Both the position numbers and the translations under genes were made by a program. DNA of 64,000 nt from Coriobacteriales bacterium (GTDB lineage Bacteria > Actinomycetota > Coriobacteriia > Coriobacteriales > UBA8131). The DNA is taken from positions 10,285 to 74,284 of the forward strand of contig JAITOC010000009.1 in the NCBI GenBank assembly GCA_031290175.1, read 5' to 3'. This document shows, in pieces, positions 62,871-64,000 of this stretch. Every line of letters starts with the position of its first letter. The stretch's first letter is position 1. The notes beneath the pieces were generated by a model. It did not search any database. It saw nothing but the letters and a program-made list of their open reading frames with translations, and was not told the origin of the DNA.

Positions 62871-64000
62871 TCATAGAGATTCTTGCTCTATCTCTTCAAG
62901 AAGTTGAGCGACGGCAGTATCCTCGAGTTGTCGGTAAACCGCACTGTCTTTCTCAAGATGCAGCGCAAGCTGCGAGAGCATCGTGCCCAGAGACACCTTC
63001 TGGTAGTGTCGTTTCTTGAGCGAGACCCGATACGCTGTCTCGACAGCAGTGATGCCAACCACGACGATCTCGCGGCGCGTCATGCCTTCCGAGAGTTTTG
63101 CCAGAACATCGACATCGAGCTCTGCGCAGGACGTGTGTTCAGCCGCAAACGTCATCCAGACATCACGCCGCTCGGCCTCATCGGGAAGTTCGATACCAAT
63201 CCTTTGCAGCGCTCCCAAAATAGAGGTAAGAGGCTCTTTGATCGTGTCTGCCTTCTGCGCCGTGGCGATGAGGAAGACGCCTTCTTTCTTCATGAGTGCA
63301 CGTAGATAGCCGCTTATCTCCGCTTGCATGGAGCGACCGTGCTGTTGGCGCCCGCGCACTTCCGGCTGGAAGGATGCTTTCATTTCCTGCGTGAACATCT
63401 CCTGCAACTGATCCAGATTCTCAATAATCACCGTACAGGGAGTCACGAGCTCCATGAGATCCGGGGGGCCGCCGAAGAACCCGCGCTTAAAAGGACCGGA
63501 AAGCTTGATGGAACCATTGCCATCAGCCTCGAGCTCGACCTGGATATGGAGCACTGGCCAGCCTATCTCACTGGCGGTGGCATGCGCAAACAAGGCATTG
63601 TCATCCCGTGAGGGGCCACAGAATAGGAAGTTTTCCATCAATGCAAGGCTGTAGACCCCATGCAGTGCAGCGGTCTGCTCGACGAAAGCTCGGAAACTCG
63701 AGCTTTCCTGGGAATCGAAGCCATAACCCTTCATAAGGGCAAGCGTGCGATCGAAGCCGGCGAGGTTCTGGTAATTGAGGTTCCGCTCCTGCGTGCGCTC
63801 CTGTTCTTCGCGTTTCTTGCGGCGCTCCAGCCACGTGCCAGCCCCCGCAAGAACCGCACCCGCTTGCCCATTGGGAAGCATATGTTCACCAGACCCCAAG
63901 CCCTCGAGGGGGCCGACAAGGTCAAAACGTGGGAGTTTTTGTATCGCTTGTGTGGCACCTTGCGCCGAAGCATCGTTGCTCTCGGGCGCAATCGCGCCAA
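62871..64000 (-). CDS. AAA+ domain protein with degenerate Walker A/B motifs (partial; N-terminus probably beyond the right window edge)
   Basis: AAA-like core: CGPSRDDNALF in place of GPPGTGKT, VIIENLDQL in place of hhhhDExD, then IATAQKADTIKEPL and ELPDEAERRDV. The reading frame stays open from 63899 to position 64000 by my manual translation, so the track start (TTG 63899) may be internal. Confidence 0.7.
   Translation of the reverse strand, partial: GAIAPESNDASAQGATQAIQKLPRFDLVGPLEGLGSGEHMLPNGQAGAVLAGAGTWLERRKKREEQERTQERNLNYQNLAGFDRTLALMKGYGFDSQESSSFRAFVEQTAALHGVYSLALMENFLFCGPSRDDNALFAHATASEIGWPVLHIQVELEADGNGSIKLSGPFKRGFFGGPPDLMELVTPCTVIIENLDQLQEMFTQEMKASFQPEVRGRQQHGRSMQAEISGYLRALMKKEGVFLIATAQKADTIKEPLTSILGALQRIGIELPDEAERRDVWMTFAAEHTSCAELDVDVLAKLSEGMTRREIVVVGITAVETAYRVSLKKRHYQKVSLGTMLSQLALHLEKDSAVYRQLEDTAVAQLLEEIEQESL

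Noticed and set aside
1-64000. CRISPR arrays, IS elements, transposases, integrases, phage genes, tRNA/rRNA genes and toxin-antitoxin or known defence operons.
   Set aside because: I saw no regularly spaced direct repeats and no recombinase or transposase-like ORFs. No intergenic gap is long or structured enough for tRNA or rRNA. The only repeat-like element is the single palindrome at 54841-54899.

Overview
High-GC chromosomal segment, with a few visibly AT-richer patches, from an anaerobic Gram-positive-type bacterium. Gene content hints at a Coriobacteriia/Eggerthellaceae-like actinobacterium, but that cannot be proven from this window. Almost all genes are on the minus strand. LEFT (1-4.5 kb): housekeeping block tsaC-rpiB-glyA-upp-dCMP deaminase-atpI-like-atpB. 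atpB runs off the left edge and is missing from the ORF track. 4.5-16.3 kb: an MFS transporter, an orphan Tat-exported lipoprotein flavoreductase, a TetR-regulated ABC-2 exporter, a cobalamin-riboswitch-controlled dedicated ECF importer with a DUF4430 lipoprotein, copZ and degV. CENTRE (16.4-32.8 kb): a stand-alone corrinoid protein, then one 15-gene co-directional cluster. That cluster joins a complete CODH/ACS set (MeTr paralog, cooC, acsA, cooC/acsF, acsB, acsD, acsC, acsE) through a small Cys-rich ORF to a six-subunit Ech-type group-4 [NiFe] hydrogenase (echABCDEF). 33-45.8 kb: an accessory island holding a His-rich protein plus CooT, a PucR regulator, two DUF3786 proteins, two RACo-type corrinoid reductive activators, a low-GC AraC regulator, FolE, a short COG0523 GTPase, DUF2284 and an MtaB/MtaC methanol-type methyltransferase pair. 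RIGHT (45.9-64 kb): an ECF sigma factor with an anti-sigma/beta-propeller protein, two membrane proteins, a full his operon (hisZGDCBHAFIE) preceded by hisS-aspS, a Cys-less MutY-like glycosylase, an Rrf2 regulator and a degenerate AAA+ protein that runs off the right edge. I found no rRNA, tRNA, CRISPR array, transposase or integrase. The most interesting content is the methyl-corrinoid / acetyl-CoA / Ech supercluster and the unknown-function families recurring around it.
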